In this document: positions 1 through 8,669 of the stretch, piece after piece
Layout: each line of letters starts with the position of its first letter
How positions within the stretch are numbered: position 1 is the stretch's first letter
The notes under the pieces: generated by a model
What the model saw: the letters and a program-made list of their open reading frames with translations, nothing else
Database searches by the model: none
Told to the model about the DNA's origin: nothing
Translations under genes and position numbers: made by a program
Source of the DNA: an uncultured Nitrososphaerota archaeon
GTDB lineage: Archaea > Korarchaeota > Korarchaeia > Korarchaeales > Korarchaeaceae
Assembly (NCBI GenBank): GCA_964480775.1
Contig: CAYZRF010000016.1
Span: 1-32,000, forward strand
DNA length: 32,000 nucleotides
Direction of reading: 5' to 3'

Positions 1-2
1 TA

Positions 3-1205
3 GCTAGGGCAAGTTCACTAGTTAAGAAAAAAGAGGTTAGGTTAGCGCCAGTCGATCCTGTTGAAGACAGCTATGCAACGCCGATTAAAGAGGATCCTTT
101 CTCAGTTCCCTTGGAGGAGAAGATCTCGCTTCTTATGGAGTGCGACAATGTGATGAGATCTAAGGGGGATGAGATTAGGGTAACTGAAGCCTCGATGAGG
201 GCTCATAAAGAGGAGAAGCTCTTTGCAAGCAGCGAAGGTTCATTGATAAATCAAGAAATCATTTGGTGTGGAGCAGGAATCTCTGCAACAGCTGTTGGAA
301 ACGGGGAAGTTCAGAGAAGATCTCTTCCAGCTTCATTTAGGGGAGACTTTGCTACAGCAGGATATGAGTACATTAAAAGCCTTAATCTTCTTGATCTTGC
401 TCCTAAGTGTGCTGAGGAAGCAATATCTTTACTAACCGCTCGTTCATGCCCTTCTGGCTTGATGGACATTATCATAGGAGGAAGCCAACTTGCATTGCAG
501 ATTCACGAATCTTGCGGTCATCCTACTGAACTAGATAGAGTCATGGGTTCAGAAGCGAGCTACGCTGGAACAAGCTTCTTAACTACAGAAAAGCTAGGAA
601 AATTCAGATATGGTAGTGAAATCGTTAATTTAGTGGCAGACGCAACCGTGCAGAAAGGACTTGGCACCTTTGGCTATGACGATGAAGGTGTTCCAGCCCA
701 AAGAGTGTATCTAGTTAAAGAAGGCATCTTCACAGGCTACCTGACGGATAGACAGTATGCTGCTGAGCTTGGACTGGAGAGAAGCATGGGGGCAGCCAGA
801 GCATCAGGGTGGAATAGGATACCAATAGTTAGGATGACAAACATAAACCTAGAACCAGGAGATTGGAATTTCGATGAGCTTATTTCGGACACAAAGGATG
901 GTCTTTTCATAGAGACGAACAGAAGCTGGAGCATTGATGACAGAAGGCTCAACTTCCAGTTTGGAACTGAGATAGCCTATAGGATTGTGGACGGGGAGAT
1001 GAAGGAACTGATTAGGAACGCAACTTACACAGGAATTACGTACGAGTTCTGGCGTTCCTGCGACGCTATATGCAACGAGAAATACTGGAAGATGTGGGGA
1101 ACTCCAAATTGCGGAAAGGGAGAACCCCCACAAACGATGTTTGTGGGACACGGTTGCTCTCCATCTCGGTTTAGGAAAGTTAGAGTCGGAGTGGGGAGGT
1201 TATGA
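3..1205 (+). CDS. tldD: TldD-family metalloprotease, C-terminal ~400 aa (5' end cut by window edge)
   Basis: The reading frame is open from nt 3 through the track's TTG at 111 (..PVDPVEDSYATPIKEDPFSVP..), so the gene starts upstream of the window. The HESCGH zinc motif (HExxxH) is encoded at 504-521. A 4-nt ATGA overlap links it to the downstream paralog. Confidence 0.9.
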   Translation, partial: ARASSLVKKKEVRLAPVDPVEDSYATPIKEDPFSVPLEEKISLLMECDNVMRSKGDEIRVTEASMRAHKEEKLFASSEGSLINQEIIWCGAGISATAVGNGEVQRRSLPASFRGDFATAGYEYIKSLNLLDLAPKCAEEAISLLTARSCPSGLMDIIIGGSQLALQIHESCGHPTELDRVMGSEASYAGTSFLTTEKLGKFRYGSEIVNLVADATVQKGLGTFGYDDEGVPAQRVYLVKEGIFTGYLTDRQYAAELGLERSMGAARASGWNRIPIVRMTNINLEPGDWNFDELISDTKDGLFIETNRSWSIDDRRLNFQFGTEIAYRIVDGEMKELIRNATYTGITYEFWRSCDAICNEKYWKMWGTPNCGKGEPPQTMFVGHGCSPSRFRKVRVGVGRL

Positions 1206-2560
1206 GGATGAAACTATTGGAGATAGCTAGATTTGCTGTCGATCGATGTTTAAAGGCTGGAGCTACTCAAGCTGAAGCAGGAATATACAGGAATGTATCT
1301 TATCTGACGAGGTTTGCTAACTCTGAGATCCACCAAAACGTAGGAGAAGAGAATTCAGAACTAAGAATAAGGTTTGTCTTAGGGAAGAAGATATCAGTTG
1401 TAACCTCGAACAGGCTTGAAGAAAAAACCATAGAGGAACTTGTTGAAAAAGCAAAGAGGATAGCTGAGCTGCAAACAGAAGATCCGGAATTCGTAAGTCT
1501 CCCAGAGCCCGAGCCCATAGAACCGATTCCTGGAATCTTTGTAAAGAGAACGGCCGAATGCGAGCCGATTGAAAGAGCTGAGATAGCGAAATCTTTGATA
1601 AAGAGGGCACATCAATTTGGTAATGTGGAAGCTGTTGCTGGAAATTGCTCAACAAGCGTTATAGAAGCAGCGGTAGTTAACTCGCTTGGCATAGAGGCTG
1701 AGGCGTCAGCAACTATAGCGAGGCTGAGATCTAACGTAATAGCTTCAGACGGAACGTCTAAGGGATATGGCTTTGCAGAAACTATTTCAAAAGATATAGG
1801 CGATCTTGATCCTGAGAAAGTAGGAGAAGAAGCTGCAAGAAGAGCCGTTGAGACTCTTCATCCTATGAGGATAGAGCCTGGTGAGTATGAGGTTGTCTTC
1901 TTGCCCTATGCTGTAGCAACTGCTATGTTCTACTTGGCCTATTATGGCTTTACCGCACAATCTTATCAGGACGGTGTCAGCTTCGTTTGTGACTACTTGG
2001 GCAAAAAGGCATTTGCAGACTCGGTCAACATATGGGATGACGGGAGAGATCCCAAGGGTTTGGCCTTCCCGTTCGATTTCGAGGGAGTCCCAAAGAGAAA
2101 AGTTATTCTAACAAAAGATGGAGTTCCAACAGGTCTCTTGTACGATTCGTACTATGCTCATAAAGAAGGTAAGAAATCAACTGGGCATGCGGGTCCGTAC
2201 TTGGGTGCCTTCCCCTCCCACATGTTCATGGGAACGGGAGATGCAACCGTCGATGAGATGATTCAGGAAACGAAAAAGGGTCTCCTTATCACAAGGTGGC
2301 ATTACGTCAGAATCGTCCATCCAAGAAAGGCTGTTGTGACTGGTATGACTAGAGATGGAACGTGGCTTATCGAGAACGGGGAGGTTAAAGGACCAGTAAT
2401 GAATATGAGGTTTACAGACAGCATGATAAGCCTTCTAGCAAATGTTGAGGCCATTGGAAAAGAGGCAAAAACACTCCCATCTATGATGGGCCCGAGTTCT
2501 ACTCGTGTACCCGCATTGAAATCAAAGAAGTTTAGATTTATAGGCGTGACAGAATACTAG
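1202..2560 (+). CDS. pmbA: PmbA/TldE-family protein (TldD partner, lacks HExxxH)
   Basis: 452 aa with the TldD/PmbA fold pattern (N-terminal ..RFANSEIHQN.., C-terminal ..GLLITRWHY..TGMTRDGTWLIENGE..). It has no zinc motif and is translationally coupled to tldD (ATGA at 1202-1205). Confidence 0.85.
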   Translation: MRMKLLEIARFAVDRCLKAGATQAEAGIYRNVSYLTRFANSEIHQNVGEENSELRIRFVLGKKISVVTSNRLEEKTIEELVEKAKRIAELQTEDPEFVSLPEPEPIEPIPGIFVKRTAECEPIERAEIAKSLIKRAHQFGNVEAVAGNCSTSVIEAAVVNSLGIEAEASATIARLRSNVIASDGTSKGYGFAETISKDIGDLDPEKVGEEAARRAVETLHPMRIEPGEYEVVFLPYAVATAMFYLAYYGFTAQSYQDGVSFVCDYLGKKAFADSVNIWDDGRDPKGLAFPFDFEGVPKRKVILTKDGVPTGLLYDSYYAHKEGKKSTGHAGPYLGAFPSHMFMGTGDATVDEMIQETKKGLLITRWHYVRIVHPRKAVVTGMTRDGTWLIENGEVKGPVMNMRFTDSMISLLANVEAIGKEAKTLPSMMGPSSTRVPALKSKKFRFIGVTEY

Positions 2561-2695
2561 AAATAATCAAGGTTTTCTGAGTCAAGTGGTCCTTCTAGGC
2601 TGTGTAGAGAGTTCATAGTTCTTTGATGGTTAAGATCGGAGATCAATCATACGCTAATGATATAAGATCTGATAAACTGAAACTACCAAGAGGAT

Positions 2696-4111
2696 TCATG
2701 TAACTATCTTCATCATATAAAGAGAATTGTCTAACCTCCTATAACCTCTTTTTCTAAAGTATTGCCTTGCCCCAACTCCAGAGATCACCAAAATCTTCTT
2801 CCTGCCAAACTCTTCTAAGGCTATCCTCTCCGCCTCTGCAAGCAAGGCCTTTCCAAATCCCCTGTGCTGAGCTTCCCCGCCTGGTTTCTCTCCTACTGGA
2901 ATTTGAAGGCCATATACGTGGAGTTCTCTGACCATAGCTGTAGATGAATCAACCTCCCACCTATGAGCCTTACCTGAAGGTATTCTTAACCTTAGAACTC
3001 CCATTAAAACGTCGTTTTCCACATCCTCCGCCGATAGGAAGATCTCTGCCCCCTCGCTTGCTTCATAATCCGTTCTTAGTATTTTGACCGCATCGTAGTT
3101 AGGCTTTATTCCTCTGGAAGCAGCTCGACCAACCTCTCTGTACCTTATATCTGGGTTCTTTAACCCTCTTCTCTCGATTTCCATCTCTACAATCTGCCTT
3201 AAGTTCCTCCTCCTCACTCCAGCCTTAATGTAGGAAGCCGGTATGTCCCTCTGAACGTGCTGAATCCTGACCCACCTTGGGATATGTTGGTAGGCTTCAA
3301 CAAGAAGCTCTATGGCCTCATCCTCCTCCAAAGGCTTATATTCGCCTTTAATCCACATATCATGCAGCTTAGTTCCCTCAATAACAAGGGTTGGGTAAAT
3401 CTTCAGCATGTCTGGCATGAAATAGCTCTCCTCAAAGACCCTTTTGAACATCTCTAGATCCCTATTGTAGTCGCTACCAGGAAGTCCAGGCATCAGGTGA
3501 TAACAAACCTTGAAACCGGCGTCTTTAAGGAGCCTTGTAGCTTCAATAACATCCTCTATGGTGTGACCCCTTTCAATGATTCTGAGAACGTCCTCGTAAA
3601 TCGACTGTACACCTATCTCAACCCTAGTAGCCCCGAAACGAAGCATGTTATCGATTTGTTCTTCTTTAGCCCAATCAGGTCTCGTCTCTATGGTAAGAGC
3701 AACACATCTAGCCTGAGCACTTTCATTCTTCAAATGGGCCTCTTCCAAGCATGAGCTTCTGTTGCCGTTGCTACTGTTTGGGTAATCATTCATTGCATCG
3801 AAGCAAGATTTGATGAACCACTCTTGATAGTCCAAAGGAGTCGCGGTAAAGGTTCCTCCCATTATTATTAGCTCAACTTTGGATGGCTTGAAGCCCATCT
3901 CTTCTATCTGCTTTAATCGCATCCAAACTTGTCTATAGGGGTCATAATCAACTTTTTCAGCTCTTACTACAACTGGTGATACATCAACATAGCTCTGAGG
4001 AAGTTCTCCGCCTCCAGGACAGTAGATGCACCTTCCGTGAGGACAGGGATACGGCTTAGCCATGACAGCAACTACAGCAACGCCCGAGGCGACTCTAGAC
4101 CTTCTTCCCAT
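2696..4111 (-). CDS. elp3: Elp3-type radical-SAM/GNAT tRNA U34 carboxymethyl-modification enzyme
   Basis: The N-terminus SGVAVVAVMAKPYPCPHGRCIYCPGG carries the Elp3-specific Cx4Cx2C cluster motif (codons at 4019-4045). A radical-SAM TIM core follows, then a C-terminal GNAT with QHRGFGKALL (acetyl-CoA motif). The start lies 1 nt after the stop of the upstream gene. Confidence 0.93.
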   Translation of the reverse strand: MGRRSRVASGVAVVAVMAKPYPCPHGRCIYCPGGGELPQSYVDVSPVVVRAEKVDYDPYRQVWMRLKQIEEMGFKPSKVELIIMGGTFTATPLDYQEWFIKSCFDAMNDYPNSSNGNRSSCLEEAHLKNESAQARCVALTIETRPDWAKEEQIDNMLRFGATRVEIGVQSIYEDVLRIIERGHTIEDVIEATRLLKDAGFKVCYHLMPGLPGSDYNRDLEMFKRVFEESYFMPDMLKIYPTLVIEGTKLHDMWIKGEYKPLEEDEAIELLVEAYQHIPRWVRIQHVQRDIPASYIKAGVRRRNLRQIVEMEIERRGLKNPDIRYREVGRAASRGIKPNYDAVKILRTDYEASEGAEIFLSAEDVENDVLMGVLRLRIPSGKAHRWEVDSSTAMVRELHVYGLQIPVGEKPGGEAQHRGFGKALLAEAERIALEEFGRKKILVISGVGARQYFRKRGYRRLDNSLYMMKIVT

Positions 4112-4112
4112 T

Positions 4113-4784
4113 TCAGATCCTTCTTGCCACTACCAAGTGATTTTCAGATAGGAACTTCGACTTAAAGCTCTTTCCATAGACCTTCTCTATTTCTAGGCCC
4201 GATTGTTTAACCAACCGTACAAGCTCATTTTTTGTGAAAAGATGGTAGAATCTCAAGAAAGTTCCTTTTCTGGATTTCCAGGGTACATAAATGTCACCAA
4301 ATTCCTTGACCCTACCAACCATGCGATCAAAAAGCATTTTGGGTATTTTCTTGAGAAATCTACTTTGATAAAGAGCCCAAGCACTTATAACTAACAGGCC
4401 TCCGTGATCTAAAACCCTTCTCACTTCTTTTAGGACATTTAATCGGTTCTCTTTTCCTTGGATGTGATGAATTGCAGCTAGGAATAGAACTCCTTTGAAA
4501 GTTCGATCCCTAAACGGAAGGTTAGACATGTCACATACCACAACATCGACGAGGTTCGAGTTTGAAATCCGTTTAAGTAGGATCTTAAGCATCCTTTTTG
4601 AGATATCAGCGGGAATCACCCTTATGCCCTTTTCAGCTATTACCTTCGAGTGTCTACCAGGACCAGACCCAAGATCAAGGACGGGCCCTTCATGAAAGAG
4701 ATATGCCTCCTCCCAAGGTCTTACTCTTGTTGCGGCGTACTCTTCAGCAATCTCATCAAAGACCTTTATAACCTCAGAAACCAT
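4113..4784 (-). CDS. trm9: Trm9/ALKBH8-like class I SAM-dependent methyltransferase
   Basis: VFDEIAEEYAATRVRPW, VLDLGSGPGR (motif I), NLPFRDRTFKGVLFLAAIHH, GGLLVISAWALYQ, DIYVPW and RFYHLFTKNELV line up with the yeast Trm9 blocks (VYNEIAPHFSQTRYKPW / DVGCGNGK / AVVHH / CWALEQ / DVFVPW / RYYHLYREGEL) as I remember them. A GGAGG SD at 4791-4795 (minus strand) sits 6 nt before the ATG. Confidence 0.8.
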   Translation of the reverse strand: MVSEVIKVFDEIAEEYAATRVRPWEEAYLFHEGPVLDLGSGPGRHSKVIAEKGIRVIPADISKRMLKILLKRISNSNLVDVVVCDMSNLPFRDRTFKGVLFLAAIHHIQGKENRLNVLKEVRRVLDHGGLLVISAWALYQSRFLKKIPKMLFDRMVGRVKEFGDIYVPWKSRKGTFLRFYHLFTKNELVRLVKQSGLEIEKVYGKSFKSKFLSENHLVVARRI

Positions 4785-4933
4785 GAATATCCTCCTATCT
4801 TATTGCATAATCCATAGGCATATTCGGAATTGCTTGCTTCATACAAATACTTCAAGATTGTCAATCTACCGCGATATTTTATAATGGAATCATCACTTAA
4901 ACTTCTTGCTATCCGAAGCACATTGAAAATTAC

Positions 4934-5587
4934 ATGGGTTGGTTCAATAAGGGAGGTAATAGACTTATGTGGACTTATGAGGAAAAACACCAAGCTTTCG
5001 AACTGAGACCAACATATGTACTCATTGCATTAAATGTGATCATCTACCTGGTTCTCTCTGTTATAGGAGGTAGCTTCTTTTCCCTTTCCATGGATGTTCT
5101 TGGAACCTACGGTCAATTCAACCTGATGGTTCTTCATTTCGGGTGGTGGTGGCAAATCATCACTTCGATATTCGTTCACGTAAACATTCCGCACCTTGCG
5201 CTAAACATGTTTTGGCTATATATACTAGGCCGTAGATCGGAATTTCTTTTCGGGAAGAAGCTCTTCGTCCTTGTGTATCTATTAAGCGGTATTACTGGAA
5301 ACCTATTGGGTCTACTTCTTCCTCTATATACAGTAAGTGCTGGAGCTAGTGGTGCTATTTTTGGTATCTTTGGAGCCAACATCATGGTTGAAAGGGCTTA
5401 TAGTGGCTCAAAACTCTCTAGTACTCTCATGTATGCTTTCTTGATATTGATTATAAATAGTCTAGTAGGAGTCAATGTGTTTGCTCACTTGGGTGGTCTC
5501 CTATTTGGAATTGCATTTGGTTATTTATATGGAGAAAAAGTTATGCGGAGATACTTCTACAGAAATGAGTGGTATTGGCTACGGTAA
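4934..5587 (+). CDS. Rhomboid-family intramembrane serine protease
   Basis: Polytopic membrane protein with WWQIITSIFVH, GASGAIFG (GxSG catalytic Ser) and AHLGGLLFG (catalytic His). An alternative and possibly better start is the ATG at 4967, preceded by GGAGGT at 4952-4957 (9-nt spacer). Confidence 0.9.
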   Translation: MGWFNKGGNRLMWTYEEKHQAFELRPTYVLIALNVIIYLVLSVIGGSFFSLSMDVLGTYGQFNLMVLHFGWWWQIITSIFVHVNIPHLALNMFWLYILGRRSEFLFGKKLFVLVYLLSGITGNLLGLLLPLYTVSAGASGAIFGIFGANIMVERAYSGSKLSSTLMYAFLILIINSLVGVNVFAHLGGLLFGIAFGYLYGEKVMRRYFYRNEWYWLR

Positions 5588-5700
5588 ATAAGTCTCTTTA
5601 AGGGACTTGATGATCTAATTAGTCAACCACATTACCTTTCTTTATTCAAAAAAGCTTATTGCTTGGGAACTTTGTCTGTTACGTCTCAAGTTTTGAAAGT

Positions 5701-6426
5701 TTAGTTTCCCCCTAGATCTCTAAATGGTTCATCTGGCCACCCCCTTCTCTCCCAATACCCCATATAGTCCTCGTTAGTTAGTACGATTTCCTCTAACCAT
5801 TTTATCCACTTGTACCCATACATTTCCTTTACTGCAAGCCTTATAGGAAAGCCGTGCTCCAAAGAAAGAACTTCTCCATTGATCTCGAACACAAGCAAGA
5901 CATCTTCCCCAGCCTCTTTAATGTAGTCTATTCTCAAATCAGTTGAAAAACCGTCTGGTGCCCTAAAAATCGCTTTAAATGTGCCTGCTAGAACTCCTGT
6001 CTCATTAAGTAGGTTCCATAATGGTACCCCTGTAACTGAGATCTTTCCAATAAGTGGGCCATTTGGAGGATTTCCAGCACATTCGAGAACTACTTCTTTC
6101 GTCACGATGTCATCTCTCCCAACTATGTCTTCATAAGAAAGGTCCATTTCTTTACTTACCAGCCCCTTTATGCTTAGTCTGTAACTGTCCGGGTTTTTGT
6201 GCCATTCTTTAGCTTTTTTGGGGATTCCATCTATGTTAACCACAAATAATTCATCTTGAGAGGTATACTTGGGACTATGTGCCTCCTCCTTAGTGATTTT
6301 GTAATCTTTGTTTGTCCAAGCAATGATTATTCCAACAGTCAACAATAAAATAACAACTAACATGATTTTTACCCAAATTTTAGCGCGCGCGCTATGAAAA
6401 GAGAACATAGCTCGTATAAAACCCAA
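5701..6426 (-). CDS. Membrane-anchored sulfite-oxidase-family molybdopterin-binding domain protein
   Basis: LECAGNPPNG (compare the SO motif CAGNRR, which holds the Mo-ligand Cys), VTGVPLWNLL, NGEVLSLEHGFPIRLAV and GYKWIKWLEEI. There is a single N-terminal TM helix. The start is uncertain: TTG at 6426, or ATG at 6408, which would be leaderless behind an AAATTAT box. Confidence 0.8.
   Translation of the reverse strand: MGFIRAMFSFHSARAKIWVKIMLVVILLLTVGIIIAWTNKDYKITKEEAHSPKYTSQDELFVVNIDGIPKKAKEWHKNPDSYRLSIKGLVSKEMDLSYEDIVGRDDIVTKEVVLECAGNPPNGPLIGKISVTGVPLWNLLNETGVLAGTFKAIFRAPDGFSTDLRIDYIKEAGEDVLLVFEINGEVLSLEHGFPIRLAVKEMYGYKWIKWLEEIVLTNEDYMGYWERRGWPDEPFRDLGGN
6381..6394. repeat. 14-bp perfect palindrome TAGCGCGCGCGCTA (alternating GC core)
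   Basis: Read directly from the sequence. It lies in the 5' end or putative leader of the Mo-domain gene. Confidence 0.7.
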
Positions 6427-6515
6427 ACATAATTTCCAACGTAATGTAATCGTATTCTATGGCCGTTCTGTGAACTTTATGATTTTACTAAACTTATGAC
6501 TAATTGCTGTTCCTC

Positions 6516-7622
6516 TCACTTAACTATTTCATATTCAAACTTTGTGAGTCTTTCTGGTCCATCTACTCTTATTACATAAGTGTCCTCAAACTTTATTGTA
6601 CCAACTCCAGGAATTGTTAGTGGCGCGTGTATAAAAGCTAAAACCATGTTTTCTACAGCTTTGTACTGGCGATGCGAGGCAACTATTGTTGTTATAGGAT
6701 CCTCTTCGGTTAAAAGACCTACTCCATGAGTGAAGCCAGTCACGTAGTAATCACCATAGCCTTTATCTTCTACAAACTTTCTCAAGAGGTTTTCAATTTC
6801 AATCAACTTTGTTCCAGGTTTAAGATTTTCCTCAGCAACACGCCGTGCTTCCATGAAAACTTCATATGCCTTCTTCTTTTCCGGCGAAAAACCCCCTAGG
6901 AAAACCGTTCTGGTTAGATTGCTATAATATCCTTCGTAATCAGCAGAAATGACTATTTCAACAACATTTTTAGGCTTGATCTTTGCCCATGCCCTTGGCT
7001 CTGCATGAATCCTTGGCCTCGGACCAGTCGCAATATAAATATGTGGGTTCTCAGCTCCCCTCTTCATCATCTCACTCATAGCCTCAGCTGCGACCTCTAA
7101 TTCAGTTTTTCCAACTTCAATAACCTCTATGGCCTTTTGCATTCCTATTTCTGCTATACTTGAAGCCTTTTTTATGGCCTCTATTTCACTTGAATCTTTT
7201 ACCATTCGTAGTTGCATGATCAGCGAGTGGACATCTACGATCTCAACTTGAGGGTTTAACAGCTTAAAGAATTCGAAGAAGAGAACGTACGAGTCTCTTT
7301 CAACGCTATAATCAAATCCGACTCTCCTATATCCGGCTTCTCGTATTGTCCCACTTACCGCTTTAATAAGTTCCTCAACCCTGGTGTAAGTCTTTACAGT
7401 TTGTATCCAGCTTTTATCAATGAACTCTTCTACCTCATGTTTAAAGATGAAGACGATTGGATCGCCTTCTGCAGGTATCAATAACGCAGGACGAAGCCAT
7501 TTCAACCCTGAAAAATATGTGAAAGATGAAAGAGTTCTAATAATCGAAGCATCTATGTTGTTTTGTTTCATTAGTTGCTGAAACCGAGCAACTCTTCTTT
7601 TCAAATCCTCTTGGCTAAACAT
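6516..7622 (-). CDS. M24-fold (creatinase/prolidase family) protein with non-canonical metal-ligand positions
   Basis: Creatinase/prolidase N-domain plus pita-bread domain (..YYSNLTRTVFLG.., ..FTHGVGL.., ..IKFEDTYVI..). Three of the five canonical Co/Mn ligands appear substituted (see findings). Confidence 0.85.
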   Translation of the reverse strand: MFSQEDLKRRVARFQQLMKQNNIDASIIRTLSSFTYFSGLKWLRPALLIPAEGDPIVFIFKHEVEEFIDKSWIQTVKTYTRVEELIKAVSGTIREAGYRRVGFDYSVERDSYVLFFEFFKLLNPQVEIVDVHSLIMQLRMVKDSSEIEAIKKASSIAEIGMQKAIEVIEVGKTELEVAAEAMSEMMKRGAENPHIYIATGPRPRIHAEPRAWAKIKPKNVVEIVISADYEGYYSNLTRTVFLGGFSPEKKKAYEVFMEARRVAEENLKPGTKLIEIENLLRKFVEDKGYGDYYVTGFTHGVGLLTEEDPITTIVASHRQYKAVENMVLAFIHAPLTIPGVGTIKFEDTYVIRVDGPERLTKFEYEIVK

Positions 7623-7771
7623 AGGTTCTATCTCCTATGAGTATATAGGGTGCTAAGTTAAAAAAGGAAGCACAAAACCATTAGGGGTTTACAGGAGCGA
7701 GGTAAGTGTAGGTTCTCCACGAGATTATTTTAAATGTGGATCTGGCATTAACATAATATTTACGATAGAAA

Positions 7772-8605
7772 ATGCCACGGTGGCTAGTAGTCCTCTTAAT
7801 TCTTATTCTACTGATCGGAAGTTTGATAATAATCATAAAGATAGGAATTCCACGTCTTGACAGAGATAAAGAAAAAAAGAAGCCCAAGCCCTCTCCTTTC
7901 CCAATAAAGATCAGAAATAAGACAGGATCTCTTACTCCTACACCTTCACCCACCCCAACACCTGCCCCATCGCCAACAATCTCTCCCTCCTCTTCAGGCA
8001 GCGAAGGGTTGTCCGCTCCGGGATACATAGACTGCGAGTGGAGGGGTAACAGAGTGACATATCACGTCACCATGACGGTAGTCGGCTCAGAAGGAGAGAC
8101 CATCATGGAGCAAGATGTTGAGTGGAGGAAAAACAAAGAATACTTTGTGGATGGAAAGAAGATAGTAAACATGACTTGGACAAAGGAAGCGGACTATACA
8201 ATAATCTCGAAGGGAGGAACTTTGGAATTTCATGTATCTGAGACTTCAGACGAGCTTTGGGAAGGTTGTGAGGTTATACAATGGATTCACCACGTATATG
8301 GCCCAGGAGGCGAGAAAATAGAGCAGGGGAATAGCAAACCAACTCCTGGTCTTAGCTTTATCGGGTTCTATAACCTGACCTCCAATCCCCTCGTTGCCAC
8401 ATCCGAAGAGACTGTAAGTGTAGGTGATAAGTTGTATCATTGCTGGGTTTACGAAACTACTGCTGCGTCTGGACCGATTAATGTTGAGGTTATGTTTTGG
8501 TTTAGTCCAGATGCGCCCGTGTGTGGATTAGTCAAAGCAACAGTAAGAGAGACACATCCTGGAGGACATATGGAGATGACAATAGTGCTAACAGGATCAG
8601 GTTAG
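7772..8605 (+). CDS. Hypothetical membrane-anchored extracytoplasmic protein (N-terminal TM, Lys-rich then Pro/Thr/Ser linker, ~190-aa Cys-containing beta-rich domain)
   Basis: MPRWLVVLLILILLIGSLIIIIKIG is a TM anchor, followed by the TPTPSPTPTPAPSPTISPSSSGS linker. The protein has 4 Cys and 3 N-x-S/T sequons. I recognise no family. Confidence 0.7.
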   Translation: MPRWLVVLLILILLIGSLIIIIKIGIPRLDRDKEKKKPKPSPFPIKIRNKTGSLTPTPSPTPTPAPSPTISPSSSGSEGLSAPGYIDCEWRGNRVTYHVTMTVVGSEGETIMEQDVEWRKNKEYFVDGKKIVNMTWTKEADYTIISKGGTLEFHVSETSDELWEGCEVIQWIHHVYGPGGEKIEQGNSKPTPGLSFIGFYNLTSNPLVATSEETVSVGDKLYHCWVYETTAASGPINVEVMFWFSPDAPVCGLVKATVRETHPGGHMEMTIVLTGSG

Positions 8606-8669
8606 ATCTGAAAGGAATGCTAGGCATTACCATTTTAATTATCGAATTACTAAGCTAAACGGTGGTGTC

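Noticed and set aside
2590-2695. Possible C/D-box sRNA (TGATGG ... ATGATAT ... CTGA ... CTGA) in the convergent gap between pmbA and elp3
   Set aside because: The boxes are imperfect. There is no CTGA D' box at the required ~12-nt spacing after the first box and no terminal stem, and the reverse strand is no better.
4766-4993. 75-aa minus-strand ORF spanning the trm9/rhomboid divergent intergenic region
   Set aside because: It overlaps both neighbouring start codons, the GGAGG SD of trm9 and the TATA/SD elements of the rhomboid gene. It has no recognisable features.
5605-5620. TTGATGA C-box-like heptamer downstream of the rhomboid gene
   Set aside because: No CTGA D or D' box occurs anywhere in the following 90 nt.
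7681-8028. 115-aa minus-strand ORF overlapping the start of the membrane PT-linker gene
   Set aside because: Its Gly/Val/Glu-rich stretch is simply the complement of the Pro/Thr linker codons. It would also consume the promoter region of two real genes.
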